Assembly: GCA_951406725.2 (NCBI GenBank)
Contig: OX597817.1
Span: 125,612,001-125,676,000 of the forward strand
Source: Octopus vulgaris
Lineage: Eukaryota
Reading direction: 5' to 3'
Length of the DNA stretch: 64,000 bases
Below the pieces are notes generated by a model. The model saw only the letters and a list, made by a program, of their open reading frames with translations. It was not told where the DNA came from and did no database searches. The position numbers and the translations under genes were made by a program. This document shows positions 50,798 to 64,000 of the stretch, piece by piece. Position 1 is the stretch's first letter. Every line of letters begins with the position of its first letter.

Positions 50798-51015
50798 TAT
50801 ATATATATATATACATATATACGACAGACTTCTTTCAGTTTCCATCTACCAAATCCACTCACAAGGCTTTCGTCTGCCCCAGGCTATAGTAGAAGGCACT
50901 TGCCCAAGGTACCATGAAGTGGGACTGAACCCGGAACCATGTGGTTGGCAAGCAAGCTACTTACCACACAGCCACTCCTGCGCCTAGCTACTTATCACGC
51001 AGCCACTCCTGCGCC
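50535..51015 (-). mobile_element. Full-length SINE family B with duplicated 5' head
   Basis: Matches 18673-19102; AGCTACTTA.CAC.CAGCCACTCCTGCGCC occurs twice in tandem. Confidence 0.92.
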
Positions 51016-51388
51016 TATATATATAAATATTCATTAGACTCTCTTTCAATCACACTCACCCACAGACACAAATATCTATACATCCGAGCCCAGAGGTATA
51101 TGAATATAAAATTAATCTAAGTGGAAATATATGCAGTTAACTATGTGGTTTGGTAACACCACATTCGGATTATGGTTTACAGTTCGCTCGTATTTAGTTT
51201 ACACATAGATTCAGTTACCTGTATTAGCATTGTATTGAGAAGATAATATGGTCCTCATGATAAAATGCTAAGACAAGTGAGTGAATTAGTTTGCATATGT
51301 TAGTATGAAAACTGCTCACATCTGCAAGTCAGATTTGAGTACCGGCGATGGAAAACACTTGAGTGCATATAATGTCCAACTTAGATAA

Positions 51389-51465
<77 letters not shown>

Positions 51466-51774
51466 AGGCAATGTATGTATATATGTATGGATAGATGGAT
51501 GGACTGACGATATATATATCTATATATATACATATGTATATCTCTGTGTGTGTACATATATACATATACACACACATGCACACACACATACACTCACATA
51601 CACATAGTGGATCCCGCGTGTATACTTAGATGTATGACAGTTACTGTTGAGTTTAGAGCTCAACAGAAATTTCACCATCCAGTTTGATTCCAGTATAGTG
51701 GTGTAATTTTGCTATACTTAGTAGCATCACTGGACATGATATGCAAAGCAAACGTAGAAGGAAATGTAAAATGT

Positions 51775-52186
51775 ATCGTAAAGTATGCCAAGAAGTTTAC
51801 TTTTCAATTATCTGGTTCTGGTTTCAGTCCCAGTACGCGTCACCTTGAAAAAGTGTCTTCCACTATGGTCCTGGGCCGACCAAAACCTTGTCAGTGCATT
51901 TGACGGACGGAAACTGAAAGGAACCCGTCGTGTACGTATGAGTGAGTTTGTGTCTGTGTGGGGGTTGTGGAAGGGAGTGTGACTTGTGTTTGTGTTTGCC
52001 TCCAGACTGCTTGACAACCGGTATATGTTTGTTTATATCCTTATAACGTAGCAGTTCGTCAAAAAGAGAATAAGTGTCAGGCTTTAAAAAATAAAAATTG
52101 GGGTTGCTTTTTTTCTAACTAAACTCTTCATGTTGTGCTTCGGCACGGCCACTGTCAAATGGCTGAAACAAATAAACGATAAAAGA
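51775..52186 (+). mobile_element. SINE family B, diverged
   Basis: GTTTCAGTCCC..CACCTTG..AAGTGTCTTC.ACTAT..GGGCCGACCAAA..CGGAAACTGAAAG..GCTTGACAACCG..CTGAAACAAATAAA. Confidence 0.85.
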
Positions 52187-52433
52187 TATATAAGTATTAA
52201 TTGCTGGTGGGGACACAGTATTTTGTTTAGCAACCATAATATACTAGCAAAGGTTTATAAGTCCTACCTTTTGTGTTAGCAGTGTGATTCCATTACTTTT
52301 AAGTTATCTCTATAAATATTCTATAGAATTTAGAGCCAACAGTAAAAGTTGCGATGCTTTGCAAACGAATACGTCAATGTAAATAATGCAATCAAAGATA
52401 GAATATGGGTGTATATAGATATAGGTAATGGGC

Positions 52434-52476
52434 GTGTATATGCATATTTCAGGAGTTATTGCCGCTTCTTCAGTAC
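52434..52476 (-). ncRNA. Degenerate minimal type-I hammerhead ribozyme
   Basis: gta-CTGAAGA-AGcGG-caataa-CTCCT-GAAA-TATGCATA-TA-cac; palindromic ATATGCATAT stem III; stems I and II mismatched. Confidence 0.5.
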
Positions 52477-52779
52477 CACATCCAGCCCGTTAACCATACA
52501 GGAACAAAGTGCTTAAATAGCCACTAAGTGTAGCTGTTTAATACTTTTGGACAGACCATTTTGCATATTAAACACTCTCCTAGCAATTCATATGTACGTA
52601 CCAGTTGCCAGGAATAGGCTAAATTTGTAAATATGTACTCGGACGCTCCAGTTAATGGCATATACATTTGTAGACAATAATGCACGTGTATGTATAAAAC
52701 TTCATATATTCTCGATCACTTCTGGATATTAAGTCGTCGAGATTTCCAACATGACAGACAAAATACTCAGCTACCTATC

Positions 52780-52893
52780 GTCATCCTCATCCTCCTCCTC
52801 ATTCCTCCTCCTCCTCATCATCATCATTCATCATCATCATCATTATCATCATCATTATTATCATCATCATTATTATCATCATCATTATTATCA

Positions 52894-52931
<38 letters not shown>

Positions 52932-52965
52932 GTATTATTATTTATTATTATTTATTATTTATTAT

Positions 52966-53001
<36 letters not shown>

Positions 53002-53077
53002 TATTATTATTATTATCATTATTTATTATTAGTATTATTATTATTATTTATTATTATTATTATTATTATCATCATTA

Positions 53078-53108
<31 letters not shown>

Positions 53109-53170
53109 TATTATTATTATTATCATTATTATTTATTATTATTATTATTTATTATTATTATTATTTATTA

Positions 53171-53218
<48 letters not shown>

Positions 53219-53256
53219 TTATTATTATTATTTATTTATTTATTATTATTATTATT
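52780..53256. repeat. Graded trinucleotide array (TCC)n to (TCA)n to (TTA)n
   Basis: Direct reading; followed by a SINE-A head fragment TAAGGGGATGAGCTGGCTGAA. Confidence 0.95.
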
Positions 53257-54216
53257 TAAGGGGATGAGCTGGCTGAATTATGCATTAATACTTTTAATTT
53301 AGCATTTTTAGCTTACTTTATAAAGAAATATATTTTTGTTTGTCCTTGCCTGAAATCATTTAAAATTCCCTTCGAATTTTATTCTCTAGTTTTTCAGTGA
53401 TAACTCCTGTCATTTTTAAAAATCGAGTTACTTTTTCGCTTTAATTATTTCAAAATTGAAAATTTATCGTGGTATTCTGAGTGCATAGGTTTGCTTTTTT
53501 AATGCCATGCAAGAATATTTGGTATTTCCTCTTATCATTTACACTTAATACAGCTTAATCTATTTCTATCTAATTTACTATCAGTAATTTTAATTAACAT
53601 ACGCGTGAACACAAAATTTTATATACAAACAATAAATTTATCGTATATTTTTATCGTCACCAGATACTGTTGACATTTTATTTTGCAAACATTTTCCCCT
53701 TGCACCATTACCTCACTCATTTGTTAATTCCTGTTACTTAGGTTCGTTTCCAACAGCTTTGTGAAACATATATACCTAAATATTTAAAAACCATTGAATT
53801 AAACTTCAGGCCTTATAATTCTATTAAAGCTCAGTTGACATCAACAGCGAAACAGAATTGTCCCTTAACAAGAAGCCTAAATATTTCTCATCGATTTAAC
53901 ACAAATTAGGAAGTCAGGTTTTTTCCTCACGATCCACACTAAACGCTTTCTGTCAAACCTCTTTCTAGACAGGCAATGAATTTGTTATTTTTACTTTCCG
54001 AATACTGATTCTAAAGGTTTTTCTTCACTCTTTCACTCTGTCTCATTCGCATATTGTCTGTCTCTTCAGTCAACCCACTGGTTTATTGATAACATATAGC
54101 TTTTATCCATTTGTTTGAATAAGTCCAATTTGGGATGACTCAGGAAACTGTAGTATCAATATATATATATGGATGTAGTTTCCCGTTCATTTCCCAAACT
54201 TTGCATAAACATACAC

Positions 54217-54424
54217 ACAAGGGAGTGTTGAAAATTTATTGGTTTTAAGGATATCGCAAAAAGCCTTGTTAGAGGCCCAACCTTCCAAGTTCTTTTACAG
54301 GGCTTAGAGAAACTAGATAACCGCTGCAATAAGTGCGTGAGTCTGAGAAGGGAATATGTTGAATAAAATCATAATTAACTAATCCTCCTATATTTTAATT
54401 TACCCAAAGTAAGGAACTTTTCGT
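54217..54424 (+). mobile_element. mariner-derived MITE
   Basis: Retains transposase C-terminus QPSKFF..EKLDNRCNKCVSLRREYVE*; degenerate TIRs (GTGTTGAAAATTTATTGGTTTT / AAAGTAAGGAACTTTTC). Confidence 0.65.
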
Positions 54425-55102
54425 ATGTTTGTATGTATTTATCTACTAATGGAGGGAGCATAGTCAAATAATGACAAAGCTATCTTCGAAATCCTGAGGT
54501 CTTTGGTTGGATGGAGTTATGTGATTGTTCGAGCAAGCACATTTTACAATGACCTGATGCCGACCGAAAGGTTGTAAGTGAAATTCGCTGATGGACACTG
54601 CCTGTGGATTTCAAGTGTAAATCAAAATTCCAAACTTGCTACATTGTGATACATTTATTCAAACTGAAAATAATATCAAATGAACTCATGAATGTGGAAT
54701 ATTCGGAGTCTAATACGTTAGTTAATTAAGTAACTATTGAAACGGTGGGAGAGCTATTATGCATGTTTCTTTTTTTTAATTATTTGAATTTTTCTCATAA
54801 GAAAATAAATGTTTTCTAAAGAGGACATGTAACTTGGCTACTTTGGCTGTGCAACTTGAAGGAAACCTCTCCTTTGATTAGGAAATATTCAAAGAAGAAA
54901 AGTGAAATAATCTTTTGAAAAATGATGGTGCCTACTTACTTTTGAGATGTATGTGTAGACTAGAACTGTACCCAATTTACTTCATTACCAATAGAGAAAG
55001 TAATTAATTAAAAAGTAGTGTTTCCACTATTTTGTCCACGCCCTATAGATACATGCATACTTGCATATATAATAACACACACACATATATGTGTGTGTAC
55101 AA

Positions 55103-55166
<64 letters not shown>

Positions 55167-56349
55167 CAATAGATAGATAGATAGATATCGACATACATAC
55201 ATGAATGCACTCACTGGAATGAGTAAAAACAAAGAGTATATGTATGCACATATATGCATATGTGAATTCATAAAGATGTCTTTTTCTTAGGTAATATGTT
55301 TCGAAATCTTAGAAATTCTAAATTGTGTTTATTTCTAAGGTTAAAGGAGCTTCAAATTTCTTTTGAAAAAAGTGTAGAACTTATAATCAATAATTTAATT
55401 TTAGATTTTCTTACCTGGAAGTTATCCAAGATTAAAATGATTGTTTTTACTGTGTCAATTTGTTTCTCTTTAATCCATCTGTACTAATTATAGAATATAA
55501 TATATACAAACACACACATATATATATAGGCATGTATATATATATATGTATGTGTATTATGCATATATATATATGAATATAAATACACTGAAGTAAACCT
55601 GGTTAACTCATTTTAGACAAAGAAAGTTTATAAAAGAAATACTAAAATTGGTTTCTAAACTTTAATTTACTCTTGACAAGAAATGTACATATAATTCTTA
55701 TCATCCCGTTTTTACTTGTTTTTATTTGGTAATATACATCCTTCAAGACTGTAACATAACAAGCATATATTCCGAAACCTATCCTTCTTTTACATCATAC
55801 AATCACCTAAGGCTTTACAAACCAATAACTCCAAAATTGGTTTTCAAGATATACTGAGGATGTTTTTAGAATGAACGAATTCTTCACCAACTGGAAGGTA
55901 TTATCTACATGTTCCAATTGCTTGCAATTATTTCCATCTATAATATATGCCAGCAGGCCAGTGAAGATTCAAAGACAGATTTAACAAAACGCATAGCAAA
56001 CAAATATATATTTATTTAAAATTACACCTGTGCTTTTCTTCTCTGGTTTTTCATTCTAGGTCTGTTAATTTGCAAGAATATTGCTAGATGTTTTTACTTT
56101 GATTTTGCTTTGAAATTGTCATGGATTTCAGCACCAGAATCCAATATACAAAGGCCATCATTGTAACAAAATATATTGATATTATACATGTTTGCATTTC
56201 TCAACTAAAAAGTTCAATGTACATACGTCTCTTTACTTGCTTACTAAAATACGTATAACATTATGATGTTAATTATCAGCTTAAAAGTTTGCTTAGTAGT
56301 GATCCCTGGTTAAAGAGCAACCAAAATGTTGAAACAACGGAGTAACGCC

Positions 56350-56901
56350 CGTGTTCTGATGAAAACATATCGGGATCGGTCTTTGGTAATGGAGTTAAAC
56401 TACATACAGTGAAACCACTTGACCCAAATTTACCTCGAACAATGCCGCGCATGCATACTAAATCATAATGCTCTCGTTAACATCTGTTGCTTATAACTGA
56501 GTTTGGAATTAAAGTGTGTAGAGAGCGGTTGTCTCAAAATGAAGATCGGGTTTTACCTGCGCAAGAATTCGTTGTCGAGGAAGAGGTAAACATTTTGAAA
56601 ACTGTCATAACAGGTAACGAATTATGGGTCTATGTTTATGATTCCGAAACCAAGTTTCGAAAGGAATCTCACTTGAAAGGAAGATTTCAAGTTGTTAAGG
56701 AAATCCAAGAGAATGCGACGAGGGCTCTGTTCGCTATTCCACAAAAGGAGTTCTAAAACTGCTTTCATCAATGGAAACGACGCTGGATAAAGTATGCGGC
56801 TTCAGAAGGGGATGAATTCGAAGGCGATTAAATGCCGAATTGATACGTGTTGTATCTTTCTTGTTATAGAACCAGTCCCGATAATTTTTGATCAGACCAC
56901 G
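56350..56901 (+). mobile_element. Internally deleted mariner element
   Basis: TIRs CGTGTTCTGATGAAAACATATCGGGATCGGT / ACCAGTCCCGATAATTTTTGATCAGACCACG-TA; VITGNELWVYVYDSETK fused to HLKGRFQ...CFHQWKRRWDKY..SEGDEFEGD*. Confidence 0.85.
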
Positions 56902-59900
56902 TATGTAATGTAGTTTGATTTATAAGAAATACCAATAAAATTTTCTACCATTATAAAAATTGATTTATTGGATATTGTAATCTAGGATACACTATACCTG
57001 ATATAAAAACTGAATGACTTAATCACATGTCTGTTCAGTAATAACTAACATGTGGGATAAATGACAACAGTGACAACGAAAACAACTATAAATATATTTG
57101 TTTATTTGCAATGGTTTAGGTTTTCAAATTTTTTTCATAGCATTAAGTTAAAATAATTCTAGTCTATGTCAAGGAAGAGAAATCTACAGAAATGAAAATA
57201 AGCAGAATTAGAAAGTATCATTGAAAGCTTTATTTATTGACAGAATTATTTCCAGCATTTTTAATTATTCCTTCCCCTTCTGTACTTATAAAATAAGGGG
57301 AAAGAAGTATGAAGATAAAGTAACTTACTTTTCATTTCGTTTATCTATATGTATAATCATCCCTTTACTAGATTTACTGATATATTTCACAAAAGGTTAA
57401 AAATTAATTTTTCGTTTCTTGATCTGAAAACAATTTCTTGTTGCATAGCTTTGTGAGAGGCTCAGAAATCTATTGCGTTTACAATTTTTTCACAGCCACT
57501 TCGTATCCCAGTTTTCTTATTGAACTATCTTACGTAAATTTTTCAACAGGAGAAACTGAAATCAGGACTGGATGGAAAGTTGGACAAGCCATCCTGTTTA
57601 AAATAATTAACTTGACATTAGGTAAATTTAGTGTGGTCCTCTCAGGCGAGCTAGGCTACTAGTTCTCTTCTCAATATAGCTTTGTAAGTGTTAGGGATGT
57701 CTTTAGTTGCATCAGTCATATATGCAAAGGAAAATTTACAAAGGGGGGAAAACAACCTTTGCCAATTCTGCATGCTACTTCTGGTTATTAGGTGAAAATT
57801 GGCCTATTCATAAGTGTATTGAATAGAATGCTTCATGACTTTAATCCGAATCTTTGAGTTCTAAGTTCAAATCCCACCGAAGTGAATTTTGCATTTCATG
57901 CTTCGCTGTTCAATAAAAGTATACAAGTCCAAGGCAGTCGATTAGCGGAATTATGAGAGCACCATACAGGAGAGGTTGCAGTATCTGTTGTAGTTTTGTG
58001 TATTCTGAATTCAAGTCCCTGTCAAAAGTTGCAGTCAACTGATAGTATAAGCAATTTGAAAAACCAATCGACATATAGTTTCCTTGGTTAAGTCAGAGAA
58101 GTTACAATTATAAACAGCACCAAAGTTATCACGACCACCACAATCACCACACTACCATAACCATGACACTACCATAACCATGACAACGACGACCACCACC
58201 ACCACCATTTCTATTTACAGTAAGAAACAAACGCTACACTTGTAATAACTTAACAGGGACCAAGCGGACTTCACTATTAAGAACTAAATATCTTAGTGAG
58301 AACCATGATATATTTGTATCTGGAGAAAAGACACAAATATATTGTAGTTGTTTCATTCAACATTGATTAGTGTATCTGTTGTTTCTGAGAGATCAAAGGA
58401 ATGAAAATTCAACAAAGTAATTGACTGGCTTTGTATTTATGTGTAGATTGTTTTTCCGACTGATTTGTTTAGCAAAGGAAATCTTAACAACAGCTTGATT
58501 CTAGAACATTCTGACATCTTGCACGTGCGAAAATGTGAGATGAGATACGTGGTACTAGCTTCTGATATACAATTACTCAGTCAATGTAAACATATGTCTT
58601 CATTTTTCAGAAAGAAGAGCCGTATATATATATATATATAAATATATATATAGTAACATTTCTTCGCTTATTGTATAGGCAATAGTCAGAAGTGGTCAGA
58701 GAAAAGACCCGATATGCAAAGCTATACAAAAATGTTAAGGAGAATTTCAAATAGGCTCGACAATTTTATTATTCATATATTCTGTCATAGATCCATACAT
58801 ATCAGTCTTTAAAATATACCAATGTATCATTCGTTAACATATAATTATATTTAAATATATGTGTATGTATGTATGTATTTATATATATAATTATATTTAT
58901 ATTTATATATACATATATGCATATACATATACACATATGTATACATATGGATATATAAATATATCCATATATATTGCAGTTCGTAATTCCATGTTAGAGT
59001 GATTCCGACAGAATAGATAGGAGCAATTTTACGGCAATCATCACTTATTTTCAAGCAAAATGATATTACCCTAAGACTGGAAACCTCTTGACGAAAGTTG
59101 AGATGTGAGTGACATTGCTTGTTTGATAGTTATACTTACGTATAACAACTGCAAATCTGAGACACAAACTCATAATTATTCACATACGCGCTCGTGCACG
59201 CACACATACACATCCGGTCCATCATGACAAGGAAAAGTAATAGAGTTTTTAAAGAAACACTGATGAACATGATGATGAAGAAGTGTGTGTGTGTGTGTGT
59301 GTATGTGTCTGCTTGTGGGTATGTGTGTTTGTGCATGTCTTAAATTGAGGATTCCAATTAACACAATGCATAAGAAATCAAATTATTTGACAACTTCCGA
59401 CAGGATCAAATACAAAGATGAAAGTATAACAAGCACAGAAAAACACACAAAATACATAACTATTGAAGGAATCTTCATGCCTTAAAGCAAAAGACAGGGG
59501 ATCAATTTTAAGTACATTGGACAGAATTCAAGACATCCGATGGAACAAGCTGACAAAGAGTTCGACAAAAAAGTATGTCATACAAAGTCTTTCATCCATA
59601 AAATTCAAATGTTCTCTAAAATGGTAATGCTTTCGTCAACTTCACGAATTCTATTTCAACATCAATGAAAAGGAAGATGCTTTGAAATTTTGTTGAACAT
59701 TTTGCATAACAGAAGAATTGATTGACAAAAGTATTAATGACAAATCAGTTACTCTTAGCATAAAAGAAGCATAGTCCAACAAGACATAGAAAACAAGCGT
59801 TAGACAACTATGAACTTTGTAAGCAAGGTTCCTTAAAAATTAGTACTTCAAACATTCACATCACATACCAGCTCAAGAGAATGAGAAATTGTCAATGATT

Positions 59901-60037
59901 TTAAGAATGATTTCAATATACTTAACAAAGTAGCCGATTAAGCTAGTTCTGTAGTTATTAAGGTTTCAGAAGATTTCAAAACGCAATAATATCCCCAATT
60001 TGTGACAGCAACTATTAGGAAACGGTAAATAATATAT

Positions 60038-60100
60038 ATGGTGCTCCAGCTTAGCCGCAGTCAAATGACTGAAACAATTCAAGGAATAAAAGAATAAAAG
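60038..60100 (+). mobile_element. Isolated SINE-B 3' tail
   Basis: GGTGCTCCAGCTTAGCCGCAGTCAAATGACTGAAACAA plus (GAATAAAA)n. Confidence 0.7.
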
Positions 60101-60306
60101 ACTGCATATATATTTGTATACACACACACACATGTATGTACCGTATGTATACCTTTCCAATAAAATCTCCCGCTCAATTACACTTTACCTCTCTGAAAAA
60201 AATATATATACAGATATGAATGTATGCATATATTGAAATGTATATATATATATATATATATATATAAACATATATATTTTTATATACATACATCTACATA
60301 TATTTG

Positions 60307-60364
<58 letters not shown>

Positions 60365-60503
60365 TATATATACATATATACATATGTATATATATATATA
60401 TATATATGTGCGTGTATATATATATATATTCATATATACACATGTATGTAAGTATATATATTTTTATACATATATACATATCTATCGATTTGTTTATCGA
60501 TCA

Positions 60504-60569
<66 letters not shown>

Positions 60570-60761
60570 ATATGTATATATATGTGTGTGTGATTGTGTG
60601 AGTATATAAACACATACATATGCGTGGACACATACACATACGATTACTTATATAGGTATAAAATTTCCTTTATATTAACATGTTCATATTTAAATATAAA
60701 TTGTATTGTCTGTGTTTAGACATGCATGCACAACGGACACACACCCAACTATATTTATAAA

Positions 60762-60804
<43 letters not shown>

Positions 60805-61195
60805 ATCTGTGCATCCTTTCCTGTATGATAGTTGAGTTGATATATAAAATAAGAATCAATTAGTCGATCGATCAATCAGTGAAACAAATTGTCATATGAT
60901 ATGAAATAAATGATCTGCATAGCGAAACTCTCAAACTGAAATGGAAATCAATTTGTCATGATTTAACGATTCGTTTTATCAAACAGAATCATTGTTTGGA
61001 AGTAATAATCGTATGACTAAAATACATGAAAAATAAGAAATGACATTTCTACTTAAAAAGAAATAAACGCATTTTAAACTATTATTATCATTGTTAGTAT
61101 TAATATTAATTTTATTATTTCAATAATTCTTTCTCTCTTTCATAAACATGCACACACACACACAGACATATATAAGTAAAATACACCCACACACC

Positions 61196-61233
<38 letters not shown>

Positions 61234-61275
61234 ATACATATATATATATAATATATAATATATATATAATATATA

Positions 61276-61326
<51 letters not shown>

Positions 61327-61365
61327 ATTTTTATAAGAATGCCATATTAGTATGGCGATAACTAT

Positions 61366-61399
<34 letters not shown>

Positions 61400-61822
61400 C
61401 TCACATATACACATATGCATATACATATATACGCACTTATATATAGATGTATAGGTACACACGCACACACACATGTATATTCGGACAAAGGAAAATAATT
61501 TCAAATGAAGGTGCACGCTATGAGACCATTTTCTGAATTATTGAGATGATTTCAACTGTCTGTCAGATCAACAGTTAATATTCATTAGCATGCCTAATGT
61601 GTTTTGAAGAAGAATGATGAAAAAAATGTCGTAACAGCAAATGATTGAAAATTAATTATTAAAGCGGTATTTTGAAAGTATTTATAATTCACTTTCACCC
61701 AATGTTCTTCGCTGTAAAGTATTCATATATAAATTTGTATTATTATAATACACACACACACGCACGCACACACACACACACACACACTTATATATATATA
61801 TATATGTATATATATATTTATG

Positions 61823-64000
61823 TTATTTATTTTATTTTATCTAGTTTCAGCTCACGGGCTGTGGCCATGCTGGGGCACCGCCATTTGGTGTTGCTACATG
61901 ATTTTACTTCACGAATGCTTTTTAGCAACTGCCATTTGGTGCATGAGAGAGTTCGATGCAGCTGCCCTCATCTGCACCTCCTGCCATGAAGTTGGTTCAT
62001 CTGGGACACCTGACAGGAAGAGATCCAGTTTTATTTTAAAGACATCTGCATCCACCCCATGCAGGTCTCTCAGGTTCTTCGGGAGGATATTGAAGAGCTG
62101 TGGGCCTCGGAAGCCCAGGCTATCACAGTATCTTGTCCTACATCTTGATGGCAAATTTGGAGTCCTTGGCACCATGCAGTGGCGCCCAGTTCTAGCATTT
62201 GTGTAACTCTCGATGCCAAAGTTTGGGATAAGTCCTTCTAGGATCTTCCAGATGTATATGATGGCATATCTTTCTCGCCTACGCTCTAAGGAATAGAGTC
62301 TTAATCTCTTGAGTCTTTCCCAGTAGCTTATATGCTGCACAGAGGCTATCTTCTTTGTGTAGCTTCGTTGGATCGCCTCAAGTTCTGTGATTAACTTGAC
62401 ACTGGATGGTGACCATAGCTGAGAGCAATAGTCAAAGTGGCTTAGGACAAGAGTCCTCCAGAGGACCATCATGGTTTCCTGGTCTCTTGTTCTAAAGGTT
62501 CTAAGAATCTATCCAGTCAGCCGTCTACATTTCATTGCCAATTTAGCAACATGCACACGAAAGGTTGCATCATCACTCATGTAAATACCCAGGTCGCGCA
62601 CTGATTGTGCCTCTAGGATTGCAATCCCTCCAGGTCCAGTGTATTTATTGGGTGTTGCATTTAGTTTTGCATGCTGATATCATAAAGCTTGAAACTTTTC
62701 AGCATTGAACTGCATGCTATTCTTTCCAGCCCACTTGTATATTTTGTCCAGCTCACATTGCAGGTGCTTAGTGTCTTCAGGGTTCTGTATTGTCTGTGAA
62801 ACTTTTGTATCATCTGCATAACTTGTGATCGTGGCTCTCTGCGTGGCTGAGGGCATGTCTGAGAGGTCCATTATGAACAGTAGTGGTCCAAAAACAGTTC
62901 CTTGTGGAACACCGCTCACTATTTGCGTGTTAATGGAAGTGGCCCCATTGGCTGCTACCACCTGACTTCTATCCTTCAGAAAGTCATGAAGCCATTCTCC
63001 CAATTTTCCAACTATGCCAAGATCACGCAGTTTGTGACATATCATTCCATGATCGACTTTATCAAAGGCCTTTGCAAAGTCGAGATATATGACTTCCACA
63101 TTTGTGTGGTTGACCAGTCGTTTCAGCACCCAGTCATAGTGTTGTAGGAGCTGAGTTAAGCAGCTTCTTCCTGGTTGGAAACCATGTTGGGTATCAGGCA
63201 GCAAGTCATTTTCTTCAAGGAAGGTGATTAGTTTCCTTCTGACTATTCTTTCCATGACCTTGCTGATTTGTGAGGTCTGAGAGATAAGTCTGTAGTACTT
63301 GGCCTCCGCTCTGCTACCTCCTTTATGATTAAGGCATATTTTACCTTCCTTCAGTTTTCTTGGAAGTTTGCCAGTTGCAAGGAAGCTCTGAAAGAAGAAC
63401 TGCAGTGGTTTTGCTAGGACTCTCATACAGCCCTTTAGAAGGATTGCCGGGAATCCATCGGGGCCAGTAGCTGAGTTTGTATTCATTTCATCTATAGCCT
63501 TTATTACATCGTCTTCCTTTATATTGATGTAATCAATCATCGCTGCCTCTGATTTTATATCTGCAGTGGTAAACATGTCAGTTGGATTGCTGACTTGAAA
63601 ATGCCCTAGGGGTGGAGTGAAAATACTCTTGAATTGCTCATTTAGTATTTCCCTTATCCTCATTGGATTTCCTGTGAGTGTGCCATCCTTTTCAAGGAGT
63701 CGCCCTATCCTACAGTGCACCGTAGCTGTTTCTGTTGCATACCTGTAGAAAGCTCTGGGGTTAGATTTTATGTTGTCTATAGCCCAGGCTTCTTTGTCTG
63801 CTCTTTCTTTTTCATGGGAGAGTTGCAGACATTTTTCAATTTCCAACAGTTTTATGTTCAGGCGGGACTTTTCACTGCTTTCAAATTGTTTGTTTAGGCG
63901 ATTTGAAACTTTTGTACGCCGTCTCATTAGAATTTTCCTCTCTCTGGGGATTTTGTTCTTGTGTACAGTGGCCTTTCTCTCTGGGACACATTTGTAGCAT
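61823..64000 (-). mobile_element. CR1-type LINE, 3' 2.2 kb (runs off the window edge)
   Basis: ORF2 plus short 3'UTR GGCGGTGCCCCAGCATGGCCACAGCCCGTGAGCTGAAACTAG and a (TAAAA)n tail. Confidence 0.93.
61909..64000 (-). pseudogene. LINE ORF2 reverse transcriptase, one frame with two premature stops
   Basis: ATGPDG, QHGFQPGRSCLTQL, YLDFAKAFDKVDH, SGVPQGT.FGPLLF, YADD, LYSLERRRERY. ORFs 62680-63927 and 61909-62472 are in frame; stops TGA 62680-62682 and TAG 62509-62511. Confidence 0.95.

Noticed and set aside
52690-53259. 189-aa hydrophobic Leu/Ile/Tyr-rich ORF
   Set aside because: Translation of a (TCA)n/(TTA)n microsatellite
59340-59950. A-rich stretch with faint L1 RT or GIY-YIG-like words
   Set aside because: Motifs not in a consistent order or frame

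Overview
Very AT-rich, microsatellite-laden animal DNA. The (TA)n/(CA)n/(TATG)n density and tRNA-SINE content suggest a cephalopod, probably Octopus (inference from repeat content only). No intact protein-coding gene is visible. Almost all ORFs in the track are microsatellite artefacts or TE fragments. The window holds at least three tRNA-derived SINE families, a near-intact CR1-type LINE ORF2 (61.8-64 kb), a decayed piggyBac, several internally deleted Tc1/mariner elements, two decayed Penelope-like elements (PLEs), R4/Dong, CRE, RTE and L1/Tx1-like relics, hAT MITEs and Helitron-like pieces. The most striking signal is a set of minimal type-I hammerhead ribozyme motifs from about six unrelated sequence families (32.8-52.5 kb). 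Most sit in short non-coding fold-back elements, consistent with non-autonomous PLE/retrozyme-like mini-elements. The window also shows a SINE whose 3' tail matches the CR1 LINE 3' UTR. A visually apparent CpG-poor to CpG-richer transition near 37 kb coincides with a promoter-like segment and divergently oriented candidate exons.
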